DNA of 64,000 nucleotides from an uncultured Clostridia bacterium (GCA_963931445.1 OZ007016.1:1358538-1422537), one strand, 5' to 3'. Counted from the stretch's first letter, positions 1 to 9,099 are shown. Notes: generated from the sequence alone by a model not told the origin. Made by a program: numbers and translations.

Positions 1-191
1 GCTATTCCTTTACACCTTTCATCAATTATTGGTGTTATAGAATTTATAGATACTTTAAACACAATAATAGCAATCAAAAGTATTATAATTATTTTTAAAA
101 TTTTTCTTACATTTTTTTTATCATGAAATTTATCTAAGTTAGGTAGTTTTATTCTGTTTCTACTAAATATTTTTTCAGTTTTATTATCCAT
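1..191 (-). CDS. YunB-like sporulation membrane protein, N-terminal part (gene runs off the window start)
   Basis: ATG at 191-189 overlaps the stop of the upstream ORF (ATGGATAATAA). Translation MDNKTEKIFSRNRIKLPNLDKFHDKKNVRKIFKIIIILLIAIIVFKVSINSITPIIDERCKGIA gives a basic N-terminus, one TM helix, then an I-x-P-x-x-D stretch resembling B. subtilis YunB as I recall it. Truncated, so absent from the ORF track. Confidence 0.35.
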   Translation of the reverse strand, partial: MDNKTEKIFSRNRIKLPNLDKFHDKKNVRKILKIIIILLIAIIVFKVSINSITPIIDERCKGI

Positions 192-1707
192 TATATCTAG
201 GAATATATAATTGCATACCCACATCTATTTCATCTTTGTTTTCTATTCCATTAATCCTTGCAATTTCTTCTACTGTACTTTTAAATTTTTTAGCTATTTT
301 CCATAGTGTATCTCCTTTTTTTACATAGTATATAACTAAACTATGTAATCTCATGTCTTTATTAGTTTCTTCATTAATATCATCTATTATATTTATTTTA
401 ATATTTTCTATTAATGTTACAGTAAAGTTCACATCCACCTTTACCTCTATTTCTCCATCTGTTAACACTACAAAATCTTGCATAACTACTTCCGCACTTG
501 TACTTATATTTGAATTTTGATTAACTCCTTTAAAGTCTATATTAAAATTAAATGGTATAGTTTGTTTTTTTATATTTATTCCATTTTTTTCATTATATAT
601 ATATACTAAATTTAACTCTCCTTCATATAATATCTTTTCATTTAAAATTGTTTGTTTTATAATATTTACACTTGTTTCTACATCATATAATTTATTCGCT
701 CCAATTTCTGGCACTAATTGTTTTTCTCTAATATTACATGTTGATTGTTTTCTTTCCTTTTTTTGCATTAATTGTATTTGTTTTTGTGTAAAAGTTATTT
801 CTGTTTTTGGACTATATAAATCTTGAATAAGATTTATATTTTGCTTTTGATATACCTCACATGCAATTTCTAATTCAACTTCTACATAAATAGAATGTTC
901 TTCTACATTATTTGGTTTAATAATTACATTCTTTATTTCATATTTTGTATCAAAATTATTTTCTTCTGTTACATTTTCCATATCTATAAAACTCATTACT
1001 GGTATTATGCTTTCAACTGAATTTATTCTATTGTCTTCTGTAAGATATAACATTTTTACATTTAAATCTGCTTTTGCTAAAACTTTGTTGTAACTTACTT
1101 TTATGTCTTTATTTAATATATCTAAATCTACCTTCATAATTTCTGATAAATTATCTATATTGTCTATAATTATAGTATCTTTAGCATAAGTTTTTACTAC
1201 TCCTTTTCCTACTAATGAATTTAAGTTTAAATTTTCATTTAACATTTGTATCTCTTTAGAATTTATTTCTTTTACTATTTTTATTTCTTCATTTGATGTA
1301 AGTTTTATATCTACTTCTAAAAAAGCTTTTAAATTTATCTTTCTACCATTTATAATCTTACATTCTACTTTTTTTAAACTTACATTCGTTTCTAAATTCA
1401 TGTCTGATTTTGCATCTTCTACATTTATTATTTGAGAAAAATCTAAATTTACATTTAAACTTCTTGTGCTATTATTTTCGTCATCTGCTTGATATATTAT
1501 ATATGTATTTACACATCCGTCTAATTTTATCTTTCCTTCATTAATTTCCTTCTTATAAATACATACATTACCACTTGCAAAAATAGTATTTATAATGTCT
1601 GGTTTTATATCAGGAATTATACTATCACCTTCAACTATAAAATTTTCTTTTTTTTGATTTATGATATGATTAATACATATATTATCTCTAGTTGCTTCTA
1701 GCATCAT
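184..1707 (-). CDS. SipL/SpoVID-like spore morphogenetic protein (repeated SPOCS/DUF3794-type region plus C-terminal LysM)
   Basis: C-terminus DTLWKIAKKFKSTVEEIARINGIENKDEIDVGMQLYIP is a LysM motif. The N-terminal IPDIKPDI...GKIKLDGCVNTYIIY pattern is typical of SPOCS domains. GGAGGG RBS lies before the ATG. The order with veg and yabG is as I recall for the C. difficile sipL locus. Confidence 0.6.
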   Translation of the reverse strand: MMLEATRDNICINHIINQKKENFIVEGDSIIPDIKPDIINTIFASGNVCIYKKEINEGKIKLDGCVNTYIIYQADDENNSTRSLNVNLDFSQIINVEDAKSDMNLETNVSLKKVECKIINGRKINLKAFLEVDIKLTSNEEIKIVKEINSKEIQMLNENLNLNSLVGKGVVKTYAKDTIIIDNIDNLSEIMKVDLDILNKDIKVSYNKVLAKADLNVKMLYLTEDNRINSVESIIPVMSFIDMENVTEENNFDTKYEIKNVIIKPNNVEEHSIYVEVELEIACEVYQKQNINLIQDLYSPKTEITFTQKQIQLMQKKERKQSTCNIREKQLVPEIGANKLYDVETSVNIIKQTILNEKILYEGELNLVYIYNEKNGINIKKQTIPFNFNIDFKGVNQNSNISTSAEVVMQDFVVLTDGEIEVKVDVNFTVTLIENIKINIIDDINEETNKDMRLHSLVIYYVKKGDTLWKIAKKFKSTVEEIARINGIENKDEIDVGMQLYIPRYNG

Positions 1708-1784
1708 CAAAATCCCTCCTTAAATTTCTAATTACTTAATATATATGGAGGTACAAAAAAAAAATTCCTATTTCTAGGAATTTT

Positions 1785-2066
1785 TTAAACTTCTATTGCA
1801 GGAACTTGTGGTATTAATGGACTATAACCTGTTCCATCAAATACATCTACTTCAATAGTTTTGGTAAGTATATCTGTATAACTATAACTTACATTTCTAT
1901 TGTTTTCTTCAAATTTAATTACAAATAAATTTGGATAAGCTTTTTGAATAGTAGCTTCTTTTGAAAACGATTTACTCCTTCCTAATGATCCTTTTACTAT
2001 TATCTTTTGTCCTATTTTTTCATCAATATCTGTTTTTAAATCTGTAATATCTTTTTGGCAAATCAT
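1785..2066 (-). CDS. veg: Veg protein
   Basis: 93 aa. ...KGSLGRSKSFSKEATIQKAYPNLFVIKFEENNRNVSYSYTDILTKTIEV is colinear with B. subtilis Veg (RVSYSYADILTETVEL). Confidence 0.85.
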   Translation of the reverse strand: MICQKDITDLKTDIDEKIGQKIIVKGSLGRSKSFSKEATIQKAYPNLFVIKFEENNRNVSYSYTDILTKTIEVDVFDGTGYSPLIPQVPAIEV

Positions 2067-2207
2067 TTAATCACCTACTTTTATATTTCTTGTCAAATAA
2101 TATCATAAAAACGCACTTGAGTCAAAATAGTTCCTATCAATTCAAGTTACTAAAATCCTTTATTTTCTAAGTGTTTCAAAATATTTTTTACCAGTATTAC
2201 AAATATA

Positions 2208-3060
2208 TTACATTTTTGTAACATATTTGTAATATATTACATTAACAATACTTTTTTCTTTCCTTCTGCCCCTATTCCGATTTATTCCTCTTTCTCCATC
2301 TCGTAAATCGTCTTCTATATCTTTTATTGTTAAATATTTATCCGAATCTGTAGTAGCAATTTTCTTAGCTACTATTAACGGATCTATAAAATCTATTAAA
2401 ATTCTTGCAGGTGATGAAGCAAAATTTGCTCCTTCTGCTATTAATGCTTCATAATAACTTTGACATGCACCAGCAAAAATTACTATATCCTTATTTTTCT
2501 TATTCTTTCTTATATTTTTTACAGTTTGAGCAAAATACTTTGAATTTCTATAGTTATATATATCTTCATAATTTCTTCCTGATTTTATCATTCCGATCAT
2601 GTCCTGTTATAACAACAATATCTGGATTATATCTTTCTATTAAATTATTTGCAACATTTACTTGATTTCTTTCTGGAATATTTTTTACAATAGCTTTCAA
2701 TCCCATTTTTTTATAGTAAATATTAGATTTTTCGCTATATCGTTTATCTCCATCTAAATGAAGAATCCTACCTGTATAAATTATTTTGTTATTCCTATCA
2801 AAAAAATTATTATTTTGAGTTTCTTTTGATTTTATCTTACTTTTTACATTACTATCTAATATATTATATATTTTTTTTATTTCATTTTTATTTATTATAT
2901 TTAAATCCTCTATATGTGCATCTGCTTTAAGTCTTATGGTAATTCCTCTTAGTATAGCTATTTTATCATTTACTATCATATCAACAAAGAAAACCACATC
3001 ATGATTGTGTGACTTTCTTGTTACAATATCTCCTTTTTTTACATTATTCACTCTAATCAC
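2208..3060 (-). pseudogene. yabG: Sporulation-specific protease YabG, disrupted by a 1-nt frameshift
   Basis: Two overlapping ORFs (2566-3060 and 2208-2600) are colinear with YabG: ...PDIVVITGHD then GMIKSGRNYEDIYNYRNSKYF...IFAGACQSYYEALIAEGANFASSP. The frame switches at CATGAT-C-GGAATG (about 2594-2596), which is not a homopolymer. Confidence 0.8.
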
Positions 3061-3195
3061 CTCGTATTATATTAGTCCGTCATTATATATTATGTCGAAT
3101 AATGTAAATTAGTGAAATTTTTATATTTGCTTTAATGATGATATTATTGTTATTAGTTATCTATATTTTTTTAGTTCTATTGGACTTACTCAAAG

Positions 3196-3203
3196 AATAC
3201 AAT
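3196..3203 (+). promoter_or_regulatory. Possible sigmaE-type -10 element (AATACAAT, compare CATACAnT) upstream of spoIIID
   Basis: Motif lies about 40 nt upstream of the spoIIID start. There is only a weak -35 (TTCTATT) about 14 nt upstream. This is a motif-level match only. Confidence 0.2.
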
Positions 3204-3239
3204 GTAACAAAACATAGTTTTCTTAGGGGGTTTTTGAAA

Positions 3240-3357
3240 TTGGAAAAAATGTATATAGAAGAGCGTGCGATTAATTTAGCACATTATATAATAGATTCAA
3301 AAGACACTGTGAGAGGCGCTGCTAAAAAATTTGGTATTAGTAAAAGCACTGTTCACA
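3240..3357 (+). pseudogene. spoIIID: spoIIID, 5' segment of a split gene (codons 1-39, HTH up to the recognition helix)
   Basis: (TTG)EKMYIEERAINLAHYIIDSKDTVRGAAKKFGISKSTVH matches the SpoIIID N-terminus. AGGGGG RBS at 3225-3230. After 3357 the frame continues into unrelated element sequence (TEVTFQNG..., stop at 3479). The start could instead be ATG 3249. Confidence 0.85.
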
Positions 3358-3493
3358 CCGAAGTAACATTCCAGAACGGTAAGAATAAATCACCTATAAT
3401 TCCAGAAAGTATTGAAATTAAAAAGGTTTTCTTAGCAGAGAAGAATCCTATTGTAAAATTAGGATTAGTAATAAAATAATTAGGAGGTTTGTT

Positions 3494-3886
3494 ATGGATA
3501 GTAAAGAATTAAAAAAAGAAATTGTAGATAAAAAAACAGGAATAAGTTATACATTAGTCGGAGATTATTATATGCCTAACTTATATTTGGAACCAGAAGA
3601 AAAAATCACATTAAATAAATATGGGTTATTAAGATTAAATTATTTGAAGAAGCATAAGAAAGCAGAATATACCATACTTTTTATAAATAGAGAACTAAAC
3701 AAACATTTAAAAGAAATTCAAGAACAAGCACAAAAGGAAATTGATTTAATAATAGAAGATTTAAAATCAAAAAGTGATTTAACAGAAGATATGAAAAATA
3801 CTAACCCTTTATATTGGGTTGGTACAATGAATGCAATAAAAAATCAAGCAGAAGAAATTGTTTTAAAGAAATTAATTTATGTATGA
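3494..3886 (+). CDS. TnpV-family transposon protein
   Basis: 130 aa. YTLVGDYYMPNL...YGLLRLNYLKKHKK...WVGTMNAIKNQAEEIVLKKLIY matches the TnpV pattern known from Tn4451-type elements. GGAGG RBS. Confidence 0.65.
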   Translation: MDSKELKKEIVDKKTGISYTLVGDYYMPNLYLEPEEKITLNKYGLLRLNYLKKHKKAEYTILFINRELNKHLKEIQEQAQKEIDLIIEDLKSKSDLTEDMKNTNPLYWVGTMNAIKNQAEEIVLKKLIYV

Positions 3887-3957
3887 TAAATTATTTACTT
3901 TAAAATAAAAATGCCTTAAAAACGATTTTGAGGCTTAACTGAATAAAGGAAATAACT

Positions 3958-3995
3958 AACTACTTGTAGTTTATAAACTATGAGTAGTTTTTTTG
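3958..3995 (+). terminator. Intrinsic terminator after tnpV
   Basis: AACTACTTGTAGTTTATAAACTATGAGTAGTT hairpin followed by a T-run. Confidence 0.6.
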
Positions 3996-4423
3996 TTTTC
4001 AAAAAGAGAATATGCCTCAAACTCTATAAAAGTGATAGGTGTGATGAGCCGATGCTATAAAGTTCATCCGTATTTGTATAAGTAGTCTAATTATACAAAG
4101 TGCGTGAGTGAGATTTTAGAACACAGACTCACAATAATAAAAGAGTATTCGGTGGCAAAACTTGGTGTGGATTTATAATTGTAAAAAGTTTGGACAAGTA
4201 TGAACAAAGATATTTAAAAGTATCAGCAATTATAGTAGCAACAGCTACTTACTAGACTACCTATGAAACGAGGCGAATGACCGACGGTTTCAGTTTGTAT
4301 GGGTGTAATAATTCTATTTTACAAATGGGATATTACACCTAATTCTACTTTAGCTCATTCCCTCTGGTTTCTGTAAAAGGTAGCCATATAGCGTGGAAGT
4401 TTGAAACCGAGCAAGGTTTCAAA

Positions 4424-4460
4424 GAGTAAGAAAAAATTTATTTTTTTCTTGCTCTTTTTT
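4424..4460 (+). terminator. Terminator-like hairpin ending the ORF-free region
   Basis: GAGTAAGAAAAAA..TTTTTTTCTTGCTC stem (1 mismatch) followed by TTTTTT. Confidence 0.45.
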
Positions 4461-4586
4461 CAATAAATGCAGATATGCAATTTATTGAAAAGCATAACAA
4501 ATGACAATTCATTTGTTATGAGAAAACTAAAAAATGCTAGTAGCAATTTTTAGTTTTGGGTTGTAGGGTTTACCCTGCCACACGGA

Positions 4587-4624
4587 CACTTTTACCTAAA
4601 AAGTGTTGTAGTGTGTTACAACAC
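4587..4624 (+). other. Candidate MobV-type oriT (hairpins with GTGTGT loop)
   Basis: CACTTTT/AAAAGTG hairpin, then GTGTTGTA-GTGTGT-TACAACAC hairpin about 75 nt upstream of mob. TAGTGTGTTA resembles the pMV158 nick region TAGTGTG/TTATAC as I recall it. Confidence 0.4.
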
Positions 4625-4697
4625 ATTCTAAATAAGTGCCATTTTTTAGTTTAGTTTGTGTTACTTTATTTAGCTATTCAAAGGAGGTAGATATTAT

Positions 4698-5945
4698 ATG
4701 AGTTATGCTATAATAAGGAATCAAAAATACAAAAGAGAAAATTTAAAAGGCATATTTAGACATAATGAAAGGAAAAATGAAAATTATTCTAATAAGAATA
4801 TTGATAAAGAGAAATCACATTTAAACTATTCATTGAAAGATCCAAAATATAGTTATGAAAAAGAATTTGAAAGAATAAGAAAAGAATATAATTTAAAAGG
4901 TCAAATTAAAACTGTTAGTAATATTGCTTGTGAATATATCATCACATCCGACAATGAATTTTTTAATAAAATTGGAGAAAAAGAAACTAGAAGATTTTTT
5001 GAAACTGCATATAAATTTGTATGTGAATATAAAAATTTAGGAGAACAATATATTTTATCAGCGAAAGTTCATAATGATGAGGATACTCCACATTTACATC
5101 TAGTTTTCTTACCTGTTGTTCACACAAAAGATAAAAAAGGAAATAATATTGATAAATTAGCTTGTAGTGAATTTTGGAAAGAAAAAGACAGTTACAGACA
5201 ATTACAAAATGCCTTTTACGAATATATGGTTTCACACAATTTTGAATTAGAAAGAGGCTTACCAAAAGAAGAAACTAATAGAACACATTTGAGTATTGAA
5301 GAATATAAAAAAATTACAAATTATGAGAAAACTAAAGAAATATTGCAAGATATAACATTAGAACTTCCAGAAGTACCAAGTATTGAAGATTTTAATAAGG
5401 TAGTTTTCAAAAGAAATGAAAAAATACAAAAAGAAATTATTGAGCCAAAAGATAAACTCATTGAAAAATTATACTCTGAAAACAAACAATTACACGGAGA
5501 AATAGAAAGACAAGTAAATGTAATTGATGAGGCAGAAAAATACCAAAAAGAAAGAGATAAAATACTTGAAGATAATGAGAATTTGCATAATAAAGTATAT
5601 CAAATGGAACACGATTATAAAGTAAAAAGCAATTCCCTTGATTTTAGATATAATAATAGAAAAGAAGAACTAGAAAAGGAATTTGAGAAAAAAGCATTTA
5701 ATTTAGAATATGAATATAAGCATAAAATACACAAACTAGAAAAAGAAAATACTAGACTTCATAAGGTTATAAAAACTTTTGAGGAAACTGTAAAAAAATT
5801 TATTAAATGGATTTGTAACAAATTTGAATTACCTTCTGAAGATGAAATTGTTAGAAATTTCGAAAAAGAAACTGGAAATTCTTTAAATGCTGAAAAACAA
5901 TTTGCTAAAAAAGAAAGAGTTAAAGAGTTTGAAAAAGCGTTATAA
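4698..5945 (+). CDS. Mob/Pre (MobV-family) plasmid recombination/relaxase protein
   Basis: MSYAIIRNQKYKRENLKGIFRHNER N-terminus and the HNDEDTPHLHLVFLP histidine motif, with a long coiled-coil C-terminus. GGAGG RBS. Confidence 0.8.
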   Translation: MSYAIIRNQKYKRENLKGIFRHNERKNENYSNKNIDKEKSHLNYSLKDPKYSYEKEFERIRKEYNLKGQIKTVSNIACEYIITSDNEFFNKIGEKETRRFFETAYKFVCEYKNLGEQYILSAKVHNDEDTPHLHLVFLPVVHTKDKKGNNIDKLACSEFWKEKDSYRQLQNAFYEYMVSHNFELERGLPKEETNRTHLSIEEYKKITNYEKTKEILQDITLELPEVPSIEDFNKVVFKRNEKIQKEIIEPKDKLIEKLYSENKQLHGEIERQVNVIDEAEKYQKERDKILEDNENLHNKVYQMEHDYKVKSNSLDFRYNNRKEELEKEFEKKAFNLEYEYKHKIHKLEKENTRLHKVIKTFEETVKKFIKWICNKFELPSEDEIVRNFEKETGNSLNAEKQFAKKERVKEFEKAL

Positions 5946-5946
5946 A

Positions 5947-5968
5947 ATAGAGGGCTTACACCCTCTAT
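5947..5968 (+). terminator. Hairpin after mob
   Basis: ATAGAGGG-CTTACA-CCCTCTAT. The following T-run is weak. Confidence 0.4.
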
Positions 5969-6005
5969 TTATATGACATGCAATTTGTCGCTATGATTAT
6001 AGCAT

Positions 6006-6043
6006 AAAAGTAAGTAATTTTCAAACTTCAATTACTTACTTTT
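6006..6043. terminator. 14-bp perfect hairpin between convergent mob and anti-sigma-like genes
   Basis: AAAAGTAAGTAATT...AATTACTTACTTTT. Confidence 0.5.
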
Positions 6044-6052
6044 ATTTAAAAA

Positions 6053-7216
6053 CTAATTATTAGGTATATATGGCTCTATTTTGTTTTCATTACTTGTTAT
6101 TGTGTTTGTATCCACTTCTTTAGTAACATATCCATTTACTGTATTTTCTGTCATCATAATTTTTTCTTCTACTATGTTTTTTTCTGTTTTCACTTCTTCA
6201 TCTGTTATTCCACTGCCACTTTCGTCAACATAAACAATTTTGTATCCGTTATAATTGTCTTTAATATAATTCAAAAATTCTTGCACCTTATCCTCGCCTA
6301 TATAGAATCCTTTACCTGTGTCAAGAATATTTGTTAGAAGATAACCTTTGTCAGTTAATGATACACTTATATTTTTATATCCTAATAATGGGATATCAAC
6401 ACTTATACCTATGCTTTGACTAAACCTTTCTGATGTATATTTTTCTGTATCATTATCACTATATATATTCTCTAAATTTTTATTATTAAACAACTTTTGC
6501 CAAATTATTTTATTATCTACACCATAAAATTCTACATTTATATCTTCTTGTAAATCTTCATCCCAATAATTATAGTATATTGTTCCAAAAGATATAATTT
6601 CTTCTAAATTCAAATCTTTCGTAAACTCTCCAAGTGTTGTTGGTCTATAATATGAATTTACATATACATAGTAATCAGTATCTCCTTCAAATTTTATTGC
6701 AATAGCACATTTTTCTTCTATATCTTTTATTGAATATAATTCTGCCTTTTTATTATAAGTAGTTTCAGTATATGTGTCATATCCTGTTAAAGTTGCATTG
6801 CCAATATTTTTTAGTATATTATTATTTGATATCTTTGTTATTCTACTTGAATATTTACTATTATTATATTCAACCTCATTAAATTGCTGACTAATAGACA
6901 TTTCATTCCATTTTGGGATTACTGCTGTATCTGTAGAAGTATCTTTCTTATCAACTTGTACTTCTTTTATAATCCAGTCATCTTTTTTTGAAATAATAAT
7001 ATCTGGCTTTGAAGTAAATATACCACTTTTATAAAGTCCTATCACTGCAATGAATACAATACAAATTGGAGCAAGAATATACTTTAATTTTAAATTTTTC
7101 ATAATATTCACCTTGTTATTGGATGCTATTCGATTTGTTTCTTCTATATCTGTTTCTTCAATTAAGTATTTTTCATCAATATCTCCAATGGCTTTTAATA
7201 AATCCTTATTATTCAT
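6053..7216 (-). CDS. Membrane-anchored protein, putative anti-sigma partner of the upstream ECF sigma
   Basis: Overlaps the sigma gene stop. N-terminal MNNKDLLKAIGDIDEKYLIEE motif, which is common after clostridial ECF sigma genes, followed by one TM (LKYILAPICIVFIAVIGLY) and a large extracytoplasmic domain. Confidence 0.45.
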   Translation of the reverse strand: MNNKDLLKAIGDIDEKYLIEETDIEETNRIASNNKVNIMKNLKLKYILAPICIVFIAVIGLYKSGIFTSKPDIIISKKDDWIIKEVQVDKKDTSTDTAVIPKWNEMSISQQFNEVEYNNSKYSSRITKISNNNILKNIGNATLTGYDTYTETTYNKKAELYSIKDIEEKCAIAIKFEGDTDYYVYVNSYYRPTTLGEFTKDLNLEEIISFGTIYYNYWDEDLQEDINVEFYGVDNKIIWQKLFNNKNLENIYSDNDTEKYTSERFSQSIGISVDIPLLGYKNISVSLTDKGYLLTNILDTGKGFYIGEDKVQEFLNYIKDNYNGYKIVYVDESGSGITDEEVKTEKNIVEEKIMMTENTVNGYVTKEVDTNTITSNENKIEPYIPNN

Positions 7217-7766
7217 ACAAACCACCTTCTTTCAGATAATTTCTTAGTTGATTTCTAAGCCTTAATAAAATTGTTTTGGTATTACTTTCAGTTATCTTAT
7301 TTTTAGAAGAAATTTCTTTAATCGAATATAAATACCAATACCTTTCTAAAAAAATTTTTCTTTTACCTTGTGATAGTTTTGATAAAAAATTATTAAGTGC
7401 ATTTACCAATTCATTATAGTCTAATTCTTTTTCTACATCATTATTTGAAGAAATACATTCATTTAATTCTTCAAGAGCAATTTCTAATGTATAATCTCTT
7501 TTTTTAGCTTTTTTTCTTTCATATTGATTAATAGCCAAGTTTCTAGTAATTTTTCCAATATATACTTTTAGTATATTGGGTCTCTGTGGAGGAATATTGT
7601 TCCAAGTTTTTAAGTATGTATCATTAACACATTCTTTAGCTTCTTCATTATCTTGCAATATGTTAAATGAAATTGTATTACAATATCTTCCATATTTTTT
7701 ATTCGTTTCATATATTGCTTTTTCTTGTCTATTCCAATATAAATTTATTATTTCTTCATCTTTCAT
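7209..7766 (-). CDS. ECF-type sigma-70 family RNA polymerase sigma factor
   Basis: Region 2-like ECVNDTYLKTWNNIPPQRPNILKVYIGKITRNLAINQY and region 4-like KRKIFLERYWYLYSIKEISSKNKITESNTKTILLRLRNQLRNYL. Confidence 0.7.
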   Translation of the reverse strand: MKDEEIINLYWNRQEKAIYETNKKYGRYCNTISFNILQDNEEAKECVNDTYLKTWNNIPPQRPNILKVYIGKITRNLAINQYERKKAKKRDYTLEIALEELNECISSNNDVEKELDYNELVNALNNFLSKLSQGKRKIFLERYWYLYSIKEISSKNKITESNTKTILLRLRNQLRNYLKEGGLYE

Positions 7767-7954
7767 ATTTTCCTCCCTTCTATCTATAAAGACAGAAATT
7801 ATTTTAATTGGTTACACTTTTTCATTTTTTTAGAAAAATTGAGCAAGATTTTTCACTTGCTCATATATTTTATTGTAAATTTATTATATTAAATCTGAGC
7901 AACAACTTACTATTATTAGATTTGTTGTAATGATTTAATTGTTTTAAAATTACA

Positions 7955-8569
7955 CTATTCAATTCTAATTACTTCATTTACTGGTATATTGTTATTTGAT
8001 AAAGTGTTAGTAATATTATTAGACTCATTTTCTAATATGTTAGAAATAATATTATTAATTGTGTTTAAATCTTCATCAGTTATCTTTGCTTGTTTATTTC
8101 CTTTTTGTATTTCCTTGCAATCTTCTTTAATATAATAAACTTCATTATTTAAAGTAATTTTATGAGTATTTATTCCAGCACATATTTCATTATTATATTT
8201 TGAATTTACTAATATATTTTGTATTATTTCTATATCTTCATACTCTGTTATCGTAACTGTTTTTCCTTCATATTCAATCTCCATTTTTATATCTTTTGGA
8301 AGTTCATACTTCATAAACCAACTTCCCATTTTTACCCCAATATTACTTTCATAAGGCTCATTTGGAGAAACCCCAACATATCTAATTACTTTATATCCTA
8401 GTCCCCAATAAGTAACTTTACATCCATCACTACTTATAGTTTTAATGCAGAATTTTGGCTCATGATTTGTTGTTACCCTACCACTATCAATATAGTTTGT
8501 AATAACTCCCACTATAACTACTGCAATTACAATTATAACACCAATTATCAACCACTTTTTATTTTTCAT
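7955..8569 (-). CDS. Hypothetical signal-anchored exported protein
   Basis: N-terminal MKNKKWLIIGVIIVIAVVIVGVI anchor. No recognisable domain. GGAGG RBS. Confidence 0.4.
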   Translation of the reverse strand: MKNKKWLIIGVIIVIAVVIVGVITNYIDSGRVTTNHEPKFCIKTISSDGCKVTYWGLGYKVIRYVGVSPNEPYESNIGVKMGSWFMKYELPKDIKMEIEYEGKTVTITEYEDIEIIQNILVNSKYNNEICAGINTHKITLNNEVYYIKEDCKEIQKGNKQAKITDEDLNTINNIISNILENESNNITNTLSNNNIPVNEVIRIE

Positions 8570-8660
8570 ATACTACCTCCTCAACAACTTACTATTTCAT
8601 TAAAAGAATAATACCATAAAAATAAAAGATTATCAATGTTTTATGATAATCTCCTAAATA

Positions 8661-8999
8661 TTATTTATTATATTTATCTAAAAATTCTTTCATTGCTATA
8701 TTTACTAATCTTGTTAGTGAAATTCCTGTTTCTTGTGTTATCTTATTTAAAGCTTCTGCATTTTCTTTTCTAATCATTACACTTCTATAAATTGTTATCT
8801 CATCTTCTGGTTTGGCATAATATTTTACACTTCCTTTAGACAGTAAATCTTCAATACAAACATTTATCATATCACTAATTGTTGCGTCATAATCTTTATC
8901 TACTATTTCTTTTAATCTTGTATATAATCTATCTTCTAAATTTATACTCTTTTGAACTGTATAATTTGATTTTTTATATAACCTATCTATTGCACTCAT
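8661..8999 (-). CDS. Tandem ribbon-helix-helix protein, paralogue A
   Basis: Start moved to the internal ATG with a GGAGGTG RBS. Two RHH-like halves (QKSINLEDRLYTRLKEIV...ISDMINVCIEDLL and YRSVMIRKENAEALNKITQETGISLTRLVNIAMKEFL). About 55% identical, by eye, to the ORF at 9940-10284. Confidence 0.55.
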   Translation of the reverse strand: MSAIDRLYKKSNYTVQKSINLEDRLYTRLKEIVDKDYDATISDMINVCIEDLLSKGSVKYYAKPEDEITIYRSVMIRKENAEALNKITQETGISLTRLVNIAMKEFLDKYNK

Positions 9000-9075
9000 A
9001 TTACACCTCCAGTAATTAATATATAACCTTTTCACGATTATTATACTTAAAACATTTGCAGTATGTAACTTAACT

Positions 9076-9099
9076 TTATCGTGTATTGATACACGATAA
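9076..9099. promoter_or_regulatory. Perfect 11-bp inverted repeat, a candidate operator in a divergent promoter region
   Basis: TTATCGTGTAT-tg-ATACACGATAA between the RHH paralogue A gene and the gene at 9163. Confidence 0.45.

Noticed and set aside
3093-3099. Perfect Spo0A box TGTCGAA in the yabG-spoIIID divergent region.
   Set aside because: It is a single 7-mer. From rough base frequencies, several chance occurrences are expected on the two strands of a 64-kb AT-rich window, so it is not evidence on its own.
3135-3479. Track ORF of 114 aa treated as one gene.
   Set aside because: It is a chimera: an unsupported hydrophobic N-terminal extension, then the true spoIIID 5' segment (from 3240/3249), then read-through into element DNA after 3357.
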